Shown here: positions 13,766-26,079 of the stretch, piece after piece
Layout of the letters: each line of letters opens with the position of its first letter
Position numbering within the stretch: position 1 is the stretch's first letter
Assembly: GCA_973895155.1 (NCBI GenBank)
Contig: OZ316893.1
Coordinates: 19,100,857 to 19,164,856 of the forward strand
Direction: 5' to 3'
Source of the DNA: Marsupella aquatica
Taxonomy: Eukaryota; Plantae; Marchantiophyta
Length of the DNA stretch: 64,000 nt
Program-made: the position numbers and the translations under genes
The notes under the pieces: model-generated
What the model saw: only the letters and a program-made list of their open reading frames with translations
What the model was told of the DNA's origin: nothing
Database searches by the model: none

Positions 13766-14756
13766 ACTGTACGTGCTTGCAAATCCATGCACTACGTACA
13801 TAGTTACCTTTTGACTATACTACGCGGGACCAACCAGAGTGTTATCAGGCTAGTACACAGTCAGTCAGCCAACTGTGTGGTAACCCTTTTACAAGAACAT
13901 TCAAAGGTCAGGATGGTAAGAGCCGCAAATGTTGCGGCCCTTGCCCTTGAAACTCCTGAAGTTCTGCTGCGAGGCAATAAAAACCTGACATGAGTTCACT
14001 TAGAGGGCCAAATTTTTAAGGTATTGTATAATGCAAGCAAACAAGAATTTTGATCAAGAGTCACTAGTGGTTTTAGGTTATTATTTTTGCTTTTTGCTGC
14101 CTTTTATGTTTTTAGTATATTTCTAAGACTCCATATAGCTAGCCAAAAGAGTAGTCCCCAAAATGGATGTTACCAACCAGGCAGTGGATAAAGAAAAATA
14201 AGGGCAAGGAGTTTTTTTCTTGTTTACTTGAATGCTACAATGACCCGAATTTTTGGAGACCAGGCCCTTATTGAGGGAGGCTCGTCCAGAACGCCAAGCC
14301 AAGCGAGGCCGACGGTTCTGACGGCGGACTGGATCCATGCCGTCAGTGCTACGTCAACTTCCCGAGTTCTTCACAGTCATGTCGACGACGAGATTTCCTG
14401 CCACTTGGTTTGGTTCTTTCCGGACTCCTCCTGCGTACTCCTCGTCTTTCCACCCGATTCGCACTCTTTTCCATTCCAGTCACGAAGAGCCCCTCGATCT
14501 GTACTGTTTGCCCTCGCATCAGAGCTCAGAATACCACTACCGCAAGTAAACTTAAGCCTGCAATCGGAAACGCTCGCCCCCGTATATTTTCCTCCGAGCC
14601 TGAACTTATCTGCTTCCCGCATCGCTCTGTGCACGGAGTGTGAAAAGGAGATACTACTAGAGCACCGAACAAGAATTATTATGAGTAGTGTTCACGGAAG
14701 GAGACTGCGGAGGATTTTGTGCTGAAGGAAGTTGATGTACCACGCGTGGTTTGGTC

Positions 14757-16189
14757 ATGGTAAATTCCCTCGCTCCTCTGGATGACTTTTTTCTAACCCT
14801 AATTTCAGGCTTCCAACCTCTCTGCCTCCATTACTTCCCCCCCCCCCACACACACATGCCTCTTTTGGTTTGCTAAGGGCGATTTATTTGTTTCAAGTTT
14901 GTTTTCTGCTGTTTGGAGTGAGGTCGTGATGAGAGCGTGTGGCCAGGAGGGGCTGAGGGGAAGGCTTGAAAATCTTCGTTTGAGAAAACTCCCGTCGCTC
15001 TGTTGCAGTTATTGTGTTGGAAGCATGGTAAATCTTCGCCGTTAAATCCGTAGCCTCTGTGATTGGTAGGCACTGACCTAGGGATCGATAGAGATCCGTA
15101 CCCGTTCTGCACGCCTAAAACGCCAGACAAAGTCTCTAGCAAATTGCACTCGACGACTGGGAATGGTAATCAGACGACTGCGTGGGATATCACGCATTAT
15201 CTAGAATTGCCATTTATGTCATGACCTGAGAGAAGATGGAGAACTTCTTCAACAGAACGCGTTTGTGCTACTTGGTTATGATTAATGATATCCAAGGTTT
15301 CGTTGTTCTGAAGGAATTGCTTGGTTGCACTGCAGGCTGCCAAAATTCTAGCCAATTTGATTGTGTTGGGGTCAGGTGTTGTTCTGAGGGCAGTTTCACA
15401 GGCTTATCGCCAAGCTATTGTCAGTAAGTAAAATTCCCAAGTTACTGGAACGTGCATGGATCTATGATGACATTGAGGAGCCGTGCAGCTTTTATCATTT
15501 GTCGGGCAATTTTTCGGATGAAGACTAGTCTCACTCAAAAACGTAGCATCAGTGTGATTTGTTTGCTGAACATGACTCTCTGCTTGTCGAAACCTTAGTA
15601 GATGTCTTGTTGGTGCTGCAGCGGTGAGAATGAATATTAATTAACTTCTCACGGAATTGTTTGTTCTGTACGGAAACGAACAGATGCCTCTAAAACGGGA
15701 GTTGCGCAGGAAACTGTGCAGAACATGGTGCATAAATCAAGCAAGACCATGACGATACACGAGGCCCGACAGGTTTTGGGTGTTAATGAGAATGCTTCTT
15801 GGGAGGAAATAATGAAGGTAGAGATGAAGCCCATGCAACCCATGCTTGTATTATTCCTCAGCATTCTTGAATTGTTTGACTATGGCTTTCATATTTTTTT
15901 ATTTTTCCACTTTATTAGCCACCTGCTGTGGGTGATCAGCAGTACCTTTTCTGATACTCTTGGCTTTTGTATCATACCTGGTTATATTAATTTTATTGCA
16001 GGATTGCAGTGATGTGTTACCTGCATTTGAATATCTGCTAAGTTCTCTGATGTTTGCAATGTGCAGAAGTATGACAATTTATTTGAAAAGAACGCAAAGA
16101 CAGGGAGCTTTTACCTCCAATCCAAGGTCCACCGAGCTAAAGAAAGTTTAGAAGCTGCAAGGCAAGATGCAAGGCAAGAATCTGCGTGA
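14757..16189 (+). CDS. PAM16: Mitochondrial import motor subunit PAM16/Tim16, 4 exons (14757-14759, 15336-15423, 15684-15817, 16067-16189)
   Basis: M|AAKILANLIVLGSGVVLRAVSQAYRQAIVN|ASKTGVAQETVQNM...MTIHEARQVLGV...WEEIMK|KYDNLFEKNAKTGSFYLQSKVHRAKESLE...*. Contains the J-like GSFYLQSKV motif; canonical splice sites. Confidence 0.93.
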
Positions 16190-18690
16190 TTGACCACGAG
16201 TGAATATTTTTCTTTCATGGTGATCTCAGACTGGTCACCATGTTTCTTCGTGATATGAAGGATTGTCCGTCATTCTGCACGGTTCGCCTTTTCTTGTTCA
16301 TGAGGTATTATTTTTTTACCTTCCCCAGGGGTCCTGAGCGATAGAAATAGGGCACCAAAACGATGGCACGAGTGGTGAGAGATCGATCTTGTTAGAACAA
16401 GGGAGGAAGGTCAGGCACGGCGTGTTGATCTCCGAGTCTATTTTGACCTGTACAATATGAGCCAGACCTGAGCCCCAAAGTGGCCCTGGTTTCGGGTGTT
16501 GTGAGCATTGTAGTTAGCTCTCCAAGGACTACTCATAATATACAATAAGAGGAAGTGGATGTCTTCCTCAAGTTTTAGCAGAATGGAGATATAATCTACA
16601 CCGTCCAACATATGCTTTGTGATGGTAGTGTTGCGCGGGAGGTTTACAGAAGGTTATTTAACTTACGGTACAGAACAGACGTCATGCAAAGATATTGACG
16701 GGACATCTGATCTATTGTTTTGTGGGAATTTGCTATCTGGTGAAGTTGTCAGTGTTGCCCTTGCTAGATGTTTATATATATTTTTTATGGTTTGTGCATA
16801 ATGCGGACTCTCTGGCCTACCCCTACCAGTGAGCCCATGTAATCAGAATACGTGACAGGCTTTGGTGTAGGTTAGCTTTCTCTTGTAAATTTTGTCAATT
16901 CTGTGGCCCTTGTCACGTCACAGCGCCAGAGTGCAGTTTTACTTATCCAGACCACAAGAAGTGCAAAACAGGTGCCTGTATGATGAACTAGCACATCATC
17001 AAACTGGCCCAAAGTTCATCTCGTTGCCAGCCTAGACGCTAGTTCTATTTAGTACGTCAAATATGGTCGCAAGGTTCGATCTCTACTCTCCATTCGGTCC
17101 GCCTGTGTTGCTGGACAGCTGGTTCCAGATTCGAAAAGGGACAGCTATTATTCCAAAATCCTGAAATAGAAAGTTAACGATATGTATTTAAATGTCAACG
17201 TCCAAGTAATGACATTCATGCACCACTTGCGAATCGTCCTTGCAAATTAAAACCTCTGGAACTTAGGTGCATTCCTTGCTTTGGAAGGATTTTAGCAAGA
17301 TGATGCAGAGTTAGTCAGGTCTGTGATGACACTTGAGCTGTAACTCTTAACGAAATTAAAGCTCCTATCTAAGTTACGTCTCGGCAAGACTAATCTGAGG
17401 CATGTGGTGTGTCCTCTTGTCCTACTGTCCTCGCCCTACGGCACTGGCATAATCTTGCAGATTAGGTACGCATGAGTAGCCAGTGTCCTCGTTAGGGATT
17501 AAATTGTGAAAAGTTGCTCATTCATGAGTCTAGAGAGCAATCTGCGGTAGTAAGCTTGGAAGTTGAGTTGTACATATTGGCCCTATCTGTTAAGGGAAAA
17601 AAAATTACCAGTACAGATTCACTTCGGGTACGCATTGTTGGTCCTGTAGGTTACTGCAGGTTGCTTGTCAACCATTTATCTGTGAAATTGTAGGTGAAGT
17701 ATCACTAAAGTCTGACGATTGGGGTTGAGTCATTCAACGATTCATGTTACTTGAAATTTTAGTGAGAAGCAATATACATTGTTGAAATGGGAGTGCTTTC
17801 CTGCAGCTGAATGGTGGACAATACGACTCAGACAACTGACAGTACCAGCCTTATAGACAGAAAACTCTATCTTGGTTGTCACTAGACTTCAAGAACGTTC
17901 TCAGGTTGTGTCATCGAGCTCATGAAAGGGATCCTTTCATTCCGTTCACCGGTTCATGATCAAAAGCATCTTTAGGACCTGAGCTCAGAGACTTCGAATT
18001 TCGAAGCCCCCAATGTGGACTAATCGTTTGGAAAGTACATGGTTCCACGTGTACGTCAACAGAAACGGAATAATCACGGATGCTCCGAAGTCAGAACGGA
18101 AAATGAAGAGGAAGGCGCTGGCATCAAACATACTATCAAATGCTTTTGACATTCTTACGAACGACGCTTGAGGTACGGAAGTGCAAGGATGTTCAACTAC
18201 AGTTCACGGTGTCTAAGCCAACAAACGCTTGCAGGCTTTACGGGATGCGCGAATTCAACATTACTCTAATAACAAGTCCAGTCAACCGAAGAAGTGAACG
18301 CTGCTTATCTTCATCGAGGGATCAAATTAGGTGTTTTATTAGAAAGTGAATGACTCACACTCATTCATACATTTTGGATCATTCGAAGCAAATTGGTCAT
18401 TCGGAAGCTTTCTTTCGTGTAATTGCGGTATGTTACCGTAGTTAGTCAAAGGCTAGCAATAATTCGAAGGTCGCTCAGAATCTCTTGGAAGCCAACCTTG
18501 ACTTTCTTCGTGTTATCCTGGCGGTGTCACCGAAAGTTCAAATAAATCAGTAGATAGGAACCCACAAATTTCCTGACTCAAATCCCTTCCCAATCACGAT
18601 AACGAGGACTACTGAGTACTGGAATGGTTTGTTTTGTTGATATCATTGGTGAGTTTGTTCGATACTTGCACTCGCGTATTTGGGAGCGTT

Positions 18691-20218
18691 TTACCAAATT
18701 GTCCGCAGTGGTGAACCATTGATTGAAAGCAGGGTTTCTCCTGGCTTAGGCTTTCTGCTTGTCTTTGGTGTTACACCAGTCATTAGACCACCTTCGATAA
18801 TCTGAAATCAGAGAAGTCGAAGAGCTTATTAGCAACGAACCGTAAGATATGATTCTAAAGGCATAGCAGTCTTGACTCAGGAGAATTCCATACCAATGGA
18901 GGTTTAAACTTGTTCTGACTTCCCAAGGAAGGAGCGGGCCCAGCGTTGAAGCCCAAACTTTGCAGCCGCGTGTAGTACTCAGGCCAACTGAGCTCTTCAC
19001 CAAGTAAGTTCTGCGTCACAACGGGTAAACGGAGCGTATGAGCGCTGATTATCTACTCAGGAATTTGCATAAGGAAACCTCTGAATTGTAGGAAGCAAAT
19101 TGCCGCCCGCATTTTGAGAGACTCGGCAGTTTATACCTTCTCTGGTTCTTGCTTCACGTGCTGACTTGTAACTGATTGCATGGCTGCCAAAGAAGTAGCA
19201 TAATGATTACATGGAAACTTTTTTAAAAATAGGCCAGGGAAAAAAATTAATGGTGCAGCGGGAAAGAGCAGAAAAGTAGAATGCTGGAGATCAAAAGTTG
19301 TCACAAGCTATGTCCGCCTACCAGGTAACTTTGATTCTGCGGATGGAGTGAACAACAAAGACTTCGTCCCCTTCGATGCACCGTCCTTGGCTTTAGTCAA
19401 CAAATCCTGGAGGTTTCTCTTGCTTTCTTCTAGTTTTGGGTAAGGAGATGCCTGCTTTCGTAGCTGAATAATCCCATCAGCACTTTTCACAGCCTCGATA
19501 CCAGGGCAAGTTTTCAGATACTCTTCTAAAGGCATATTTAGCTCATCAGTGGAAAATTTCGATATCTGCAAGTCTAATTGCGTCATCAAGGACGAATACT
19601 GTCTGGCTGCCAGGGCCCTGATGGTAGTAGCCCTCGCCTTCACTGCTTTTTCACGTCATATATTGTTCACCATGTTCAACGAGCAATCTATTAGTCTGCC
19701 CACTAATTGAAATAAAAGAAAGAGGTACAATTCACCAAGATGCCGTGTTCTGTTTCCTCGAAACACGAGAATTTAACGAGATCGAGGAACTCAAATTGTG
19801 CTCGCTTTCATCCAAGGGCACCCAAAGAGTAACGTTGAAATTTTTGAATTCCAAAGAGAGGTGTAGAGAGAGAGGGAAAAGCACCTTCGGCATCGATGGC
19901 ATCGCACACCTGCTGCGCGATTTGCAGTTTCGATTGATACTCTGCCGACGCTTTCACAACGGATTTCGTGTTATGCTCCGGAGCATTGAATTCGGCTGGA
20001 GGGGGAACATTAAATTGTTCGGAACAGAACACCTTACGCCCTTCAACGACCGAAGCATCTCGTTGCTGGGACGACGAAGCACACGCTGAGGTGACGCCCG
20101 GATCCGTGACGATATTCAAAACTGGGGACTGCAAAATGACGTGAAGCGATGCTGCGGCTCCCCTCCTTGGCCTACCTTTAGTAACTCTGTCGGTATCAAC
20201 CTGCTTCTCCTTGCTCAT
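18691..20218 (-). CDS. BORR: Borealin-related chromosomal passenger complex subunit, 5 coding exons
   Basis: N-terminal helix DAE|VKARATTIRALAARQYSSLMTQLDLQISKFSTDELNMPLEEYLK resembles the Borealin/Nbl1 N-domain. C-terminal GVTPKTSRKPKPGETLLSINGSPL matches the plant BORR C-terminal motif as I recall it. Exons ~20218-19885, 19642-19322, 19183-19137, 19052-18894 and 18801-18691. Confidence 0.78.
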
Positions 20219-20783
20219 GACTTTCAACTTCTCTGCACGATGTAACTCTCACTCAACTCGGTGCAATCCAACGATCACCAAGAGTATCAATCGACACAAC
20301 GACACCACTCCCTTACATCCCCGGCGGCAACTCTGGCAGCTGAGCTTAGCTCAGCTCAACGCATCTTGGCCCTCCTCCACCTCTTTTCTCTCCCCGACCG
20401 GGAAAAGCAACACAAAGAGCAATTCCGCTCTTGCAACCTTCCTCCGATGGTGCTAGTCAAAGCAATTTCCAACTCGGACTACAATAAACCGATCCCTTCT
20501 ACACGGAAACTAAATTTTGCAATCGTGTGCAATCAGGTCAAATTTGTTCAATTTGGAAAGCAGGAGAGAACATGGACACATGATTACCAGACGTATTCCC
20601 AGGCAATGCGCTCCAACAATCACGGCAACTAGGCTCAGATACAGAATGCGATCAGACAAGCCCAACCTCGTCAATTCCGAAACCTGAAGAGGATATGGAC
20701 AGCCTCATCGGACATATTCATTCTCAAAGCACAATCACCGCAATTCGGCTTGGATGGAATTCTCGATCAACGGAAATTCCAAT

Positions 20784-20858
20784 CAACTCAATTCAATTCA
20801 GCTCAACTCAACTCAACTCAATTCAGCTCAACTCAATTCAACTCAACTCAATTCAGCT
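20784..20858 (+). repeat. Pentanucleotide microsatellite (CAACT/CAATT/CAGCT)x15
   Basis: Read directly; lies upstream of the BORR ATG, probably in a 5'UTR intron. Confidence 0.9.
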
Positions 20859-22165
20859 ACATTACACGAGTAATTGTGTGACGGAGAGAACGATGTCTTG
20901 ATGCGAAGCTGCGATGCAATGTACAGAGAGAAGGAGCACAGCTCTACGACGTGAGTAGCAGACAACAATCACGTCCAACGAACGGCATGAATCAAAGAGC
21001 GTCGAGAGGAATGAACGGATAAAAGGAATTAATTTAAAACTTTCAAAATCTCACATACCGGTTTAGGAGTACGCTTTTGAAATACAGTAAGCTATATCGC
21101 TAAGTTTACACTCCAGAAGTGCAACACTGGATAATTGCAAGGCGTCCCTTCTTCCCTATGTTTCTGACCATTTTGCACTTTCTTAAGTGCAAACAGTGAT
21201 GCACTGAGCGCAACCGTAAGTCAAAAACCATTTTTTAAAAAGTGTTTATGAAACTTTTGGATAAGCCCGCAATCCATTTAGACTTACACTAATTAACAAT
21301 TGCATGTAATTTTTTGCGGAGGGTATGAATTGCACTTGTGAGGTGGGGATCACGTTTTGAGCAGGGATGTACTCGGATTGGAAGTATAGAAACCGCTTCG
21401 CGGGACTCTATGTCCCGCACAGTGAATGCTCTCTTCCGTAGTACTATGTGCCTAGAATACGAGATCTTTCTTGCTATGGGAAAATTAGATCGTGGACCCC
21501 CTAACTTAGGGTTCACTTGAGCTAATAACTGATCCATGAGAAGTAATGGTGGCAGATGGGGTCTGGGCACACACGATCACTAAAAAGCTATGTTGGCAAA
21601 TGGAACAGGGACATAGCATTTTATCAATATCTTGGGATGGGGTTCCAAAAGGTAAAGGAGTATCAAGTTTGCCGTGCAATGAATGACATTATGGCTATGG
21701 TAGACGTGTGACTGACTGAACAGCTCAAAGTAGTTATTCTTAAATAGTTATGCAACTTGTTTTTCACTGGTAAACACTGACATGTCTGTTTTTGGTGAAA
21801 TGAATTATGTGTTCCAATCAAAATTTTGGAAGGAATTTTTATTTATGCCAAAATTACAATTGTAACTAAAGCAGTGACAAGTGAAACTTTCAGTCATTTC
21901 CTTCTTTGTATTTTCAATTTTTTACATCCTATTTTGACAGCATGGCGTCCCAATTTTTACGCAGAAAGTGTTGCAAACATGATGGAGGGTGATTATTCAA
22001 GTCACAAATACGAATAGTTTTGTTTGTCTACATCCATGCTGATGTGGTGTGCTCCTGTGGCGGGAATTTTGCAAGGACCCCTAGTGGGGGTCTGTAACCA
22101 CGAACACCACTGCAAAAACAAATCACTCGTTGTGTCTGCTCAATAGTTGATTATTGGACACATTG

Positions 22166-22242
22166 GGGTAATTAGCTCAGACAGTTGGTAGAGTGCCTCA
22201 TTTACACCGAGAGCGTCAGTGGTTCAAGTCCGTTATTACCCA
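22166..22242 (+). pseudogene. trnV-UAC: Organellar-type tRNA-Val(UAC) pseudogene, probable NUMT of mitochondrial trnV-UAC
   Basis: Acceptor stem GGGTAAT/ATTACCC, D-arm AGCTCAG..TTGGTAGAG with an extra ACAG, anticodon loop TT-TAC-AC (22201-22207) and T-loop GGTTCAAGTCC. No intron, and the anticodon stem is mismatched. Confidence 0.8.
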
Positions 22243-23623
22243 AGGGTTCTCCATCTTAATTATGGATTGAATCTAGCTTCTGAATACATGTAATAATTCG
22301 ATTGATATTGGTTACGAGAATATGAAAAAAGGGTTCTATTGTATTTAGGAAGGAAGTCATGAGAATATCAAAGAAGGCCCATTGATTGCAAGTCGAGGCA
22401 TTCTACACTCTTATGATGCTAGTATAAACCCTAGTGCACACTGGATGTTCTTCCCGGGGGAGTACACTTAGAGAGAGCCAATTAGATTTGATATGTTCAT
22501 AATATATCAATGTTGGGCTCATCAGTTTCTCACTTTGTCTAAGGGGGATCTTGCATATTGGGGGCCCTTGAGTTTCCAGCATTGATTATTCCCTCAATTG
22601 AATGGGCGGCACTCCAGCATTCACTGAGATTTTTATGCCTCAACCTCCTCCTCAGGCAGGCCTGACCACATATGTGATGGATAACCAAGGGCAAGGGTTG
22701 GAAGGTTTCCGGCTTGAGGTCTTAGATCTTTAAAATTGAATAAAACAAGAGAAAGTTCATACTTAGCAAAGTGACAGATTATGTGCAGAATCAAGAAGTC
22801 CACTCTTTCCCCACAATTGATAGTGCTAAGGGCAGTAATAGAAAGGGAACTTGACATGCAAGGGTTTTGGGTTTCAGGGAGAGAATGTTTCTCACTCCCC
22901 TTGATGTTTTATTTGTTTACTCTTACTTTATAATTTTCTTAATCTCAAGCACTTTGAAGTGGATGGGATGAATACAACCTTTTGAAATGATACCCAGATG
23001 GACATGTGAAACCCTGACAAAATAAATGGAATTTTTAGCATATTTTACAGTTTTGTTTAAAGGCCAACATACAAACATGCATTTCATCACTGATAGTAAT
23101 AGAAGGTTTTTGGAGGGGATTCCTCCAATATTGTCCACAAAGGAAATGTTTAACAGAGAATACTTAACATTTTGGAAGCTCCAAAGATGACATGTAATGA
23201 ACATGCACTTGATTAGTAGCAGAACTTTTCAGAGTGAAGATGTCCAATATTTATGTCTGTGTAAGGGAGCCCATTTTCATTCAACTGAAGGAGCTGAGTT
23301 TCCTTGGTTTCCATGCATATAACCTTTAATTCTCTCTTTCCATATTACAGCACACTCTAAATTTTGGGAGTAACTGAAGCATTGGGTGTCAATTGCCCTG
23401 TAGATGGCTCAGATGCTCACAATCCTTAGGTGGGCCAAGGCCATTAGTTTTTGGGCCACTAGTGAAATTCTTCTTTGTGACCCTCCTATGTGGTTTACTC
23501 CGCATCTCTGCGCATTTCAATTTGTTTCTCATTATGGCTTTGGTTCTTCTGCCATTTATTGGGACTCTTGGGCATTTTTGGTTTTTCCTTTGTTTTTCCC
23601 CAGATGATACTTGAATAACCCTT

Positions 23624-23901
23624 AAACCAAAGTTTTCCTTCCCAGCCAACCCCATGAGGTTTTGGGTATAAAGATTTTAAGGTCTATCAACGGTGGTCTA
23701 TTTACCCACACATATACTTGATGGGCCCTCAAACTAAGTTTTTTCTTCCCAACCAACCCTATAAGGTTTTAGGGTCTGTCAATATATGGTCTATCAATGG
23801 TTGTCTATTCAGTGCTGACATATACTTGATGGACCTCAAAGCAAAGTTTTCTTCCCAACCAACCCCACGAGGTTTTGGGTCTGTCATATAAGGTCTATCA
23901 A
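23624..23901 (+). repeat. Tandem repeat, ~107-bp unit, about 2.6 copies
   Basis: aaa.caaagtttt.cttccca.ccaacccc..aggtttt.gggt...ggtctatcaa...catatacttgatgg; units start at ~23624, 23731 and 23838. Confidence 0.8.
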
Positions 23902-24091
23902 AGGTCCTGATCACTCATGGGGTCCATCAAGTAACATTTTTTCATTTTGGGGTCCATAATGCGTCCTGGTTTCCCTGCTCCACTCGAGAATACAGTGAGA
24001 GAGCGCAATTGTATCAGAAGCCAACGGTGGGTCAAGTTTGGTGTGTCACTTGTCAGCAAAGTTGAAAGCTCGCTCGCTCGCTCCATCATTC

Positions 24092-24223
24092 TGCTGTCAA
24101 CGAGACAATCACCATAGCAGCTGCCGCACAGCTTGCATCTCATGAAGCGAGTGACAATGCTGCCAACGAGACAATCACCATAGCAGCTGCCGCACAGCTT
24201 GCATCCCACGAAGCGAGTGACAA
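24092..24223 (+). repeat. Near-perfect 2 x 66-bp tandem duplication just upstream of a small gene
   Basis: tgctgYcaacgagacaatcaccatagcagctgccgcacagcttgcatcYcaYgaagcgagtgacaa at 24092 and 24158. Confidence 0.9.
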
Positions 24224-24305
24224 ACATTCATCTACCCGGGCTAATTGCTGCTCTGTTACTCTACGCTCTTGCGATCCGACTTAGGTAGGAGAGGGGTACA
24301 GAGAG

Positions 24306-25219
24306 ATGGCGTTGAGCAACTTTTTGTTGACGGTGGTGGGGGTGGGAGCCGTGGTGTTGATGCTGAAAGGAGATGTTCGGAAGACATACCCGGTGCTGCG
24401 CAGAAACATCCGGCAGGTGCGCGAGTGGCTCGAGCAGGAGCAAGGAGCTGCTTCCAGGTTTGTTTGTTTGTTTGTTTGTTTGTCTATCATGGCTGGAACT
24501 AGAGCCATCAGAGAGGATCCATCTGTTAGCAGCGTTGTTTGAGGAATCACAGTCTAATGAATTGAAAGACGGATCGGTAATGAGAAGTAGGGCTTAGTTT
24601 TCCGGGTTCGTTTGTTTGTCCATCATAGCGGGAACCACAGACATCAGAGAGGATCCATCTGGGAATTGCGCAGTTTGAGGAAATACCTTTAATGAGTCGA
24701 CCAAATGAAATTGACCCAGTTCTGAGAACTAGAGGTACTAGGTATATGAAATTTGGGTTTGGAGCTAGAGAGCTTTTGTCCTTAGAGAGGAATTAAACCA
24801 GAGAACGTTAGAGAGGGCCCATCTGCTAAACAGTGTGGTTTGACGATTCACTCTTGAATGAAGCCAACCATTATGGACAAACATCAGGAGTACTTCACTC
24901 AATAGGAGGACTTCACTCACTCATGACACAAATTCTCTAGCTCCAAGCCCTCAAGTCTTACGTCTCCAGTCGTGAGCCTGAGTTCGCGTAACCTGTTCAT
25001 CCGGGGAAAGCGGAGTTTCCTTCATTAACCTTTAATAAATGTGTCTAAATGGAAAAACAAAACCTCAATTGGTTCGTTTGAAGGTTTCAATACAGCGTAA
25101 CTGTTGCTCGAGGGTCTTTTAACTATTTGTGCTCTGAATGTTGCAGGTCAGAACATGTTAAACCTAAAGAAGTTGAACCCGGAAAAACCCCAGAGAAACC
25201 AGCACCGAAGACAGAGTAG
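24306..25219 (+). CDS. Conserved 74-aa plant microprotein with an N-terminal TM helix; function unknown; 2 exons (24306-24457, 25147-25219)
   Basis: MALSNFLLTVVGVGAVVLMLKGDVRKTYPVLRRNIRQVREWLEQEQGAASR|SEHVKPKEVEPGKTPEKPAPKTE*. Resembles the plant MALTNFILTVAGVSAV...RRNVRHIR.WLEEE family; donor AG|GTTTGT, acceptor TTGCAG|G. Confidence 0.75.
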
Positions 25220-26079
25220 TTGTGGAATTAAAACTGTGAGTCAGGCAAACCCTGCGGGCCACCCACGACATGCTATGCAGGTGTTAGCAACGCACCTCCT
25301 GCACCAATGTGCACTGGTGCTGACAGTGAAATCTCTCAGTGCGCATGAATTCAAGGTCTGCATATATTCTTGGATAGCAGGATAGGATCACTGGCGCTGC
25401 TCTGTTGGTCTTCACCGGGTTGTTGCTGGGTTCAATCCTCTCCGGACCTTCTTAGTGCACACGAATTGAAGAAAAATTTCACGTGCTCAAGCACCAGACT
25501 TGAACTCATAGAGGCGTACAGTGCTGAGGAAAGGGGCTGCCAAGCATCAACATGTCAATATTTTTACATTGGAGTTCTCATGTATTACAGAACTCTTAAG
25601 GTATTTCAGAACGGGGACGACTTGTGTGATAAGACTCACTTAGCGCATATAGATATGCTCAATTTTGCAACAGTATCAGATGCAATAACCTTTACATCGA
25701 AGATTGTAGAGAGGATCGATTACTTTGCCTGTCCATAGCAATTTGGCCGCAAGCATGGCAGAAGGGTTGAGATCATTTATAAGTCACTAGATTTTCCGCT
25801 TTGCCTTTATTCTTTACTTAGGTGCCGTGAGGAGACCAGTTAGACCAGCAAGTACAGTAGTTATGTCTCTGAAAGACCATACCAGTCCGTGTCTTAGTTC
25901 ATTGTGCCAGGAATAGTTGTTGACGAATAGTTGTTAAGGACCGGTTTGGGCTGAATGTACAAAGGCAAACTCAAACCTGCATAGACAATTGAGAGTAATT
26001 TGAGTTTTTGAAACAACTAGAACTGGAATCATGTAATTTGCAATTTACAATGACAAATGTATGCTGCCTTTATCCGATA

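Noticed and set aside
14228-14725. 165-aa ORF upstream of PAM16
   Set aside because: Non-ATG start and no recognisable domain; GC-rich promoter or 5'UTR sequence.
17320-17400. C/D-box snoRNA candidate (GTGATGA...CTGA, ~75 nt)
   Set aside because: Only a marginal terminal stem and no recognisable rRNA or snRNA antisense element.
21289-21700. Possible transposase or gene fragment
   Set aside because: The frames I translated gave no recognisable motif and contained multiple stops.
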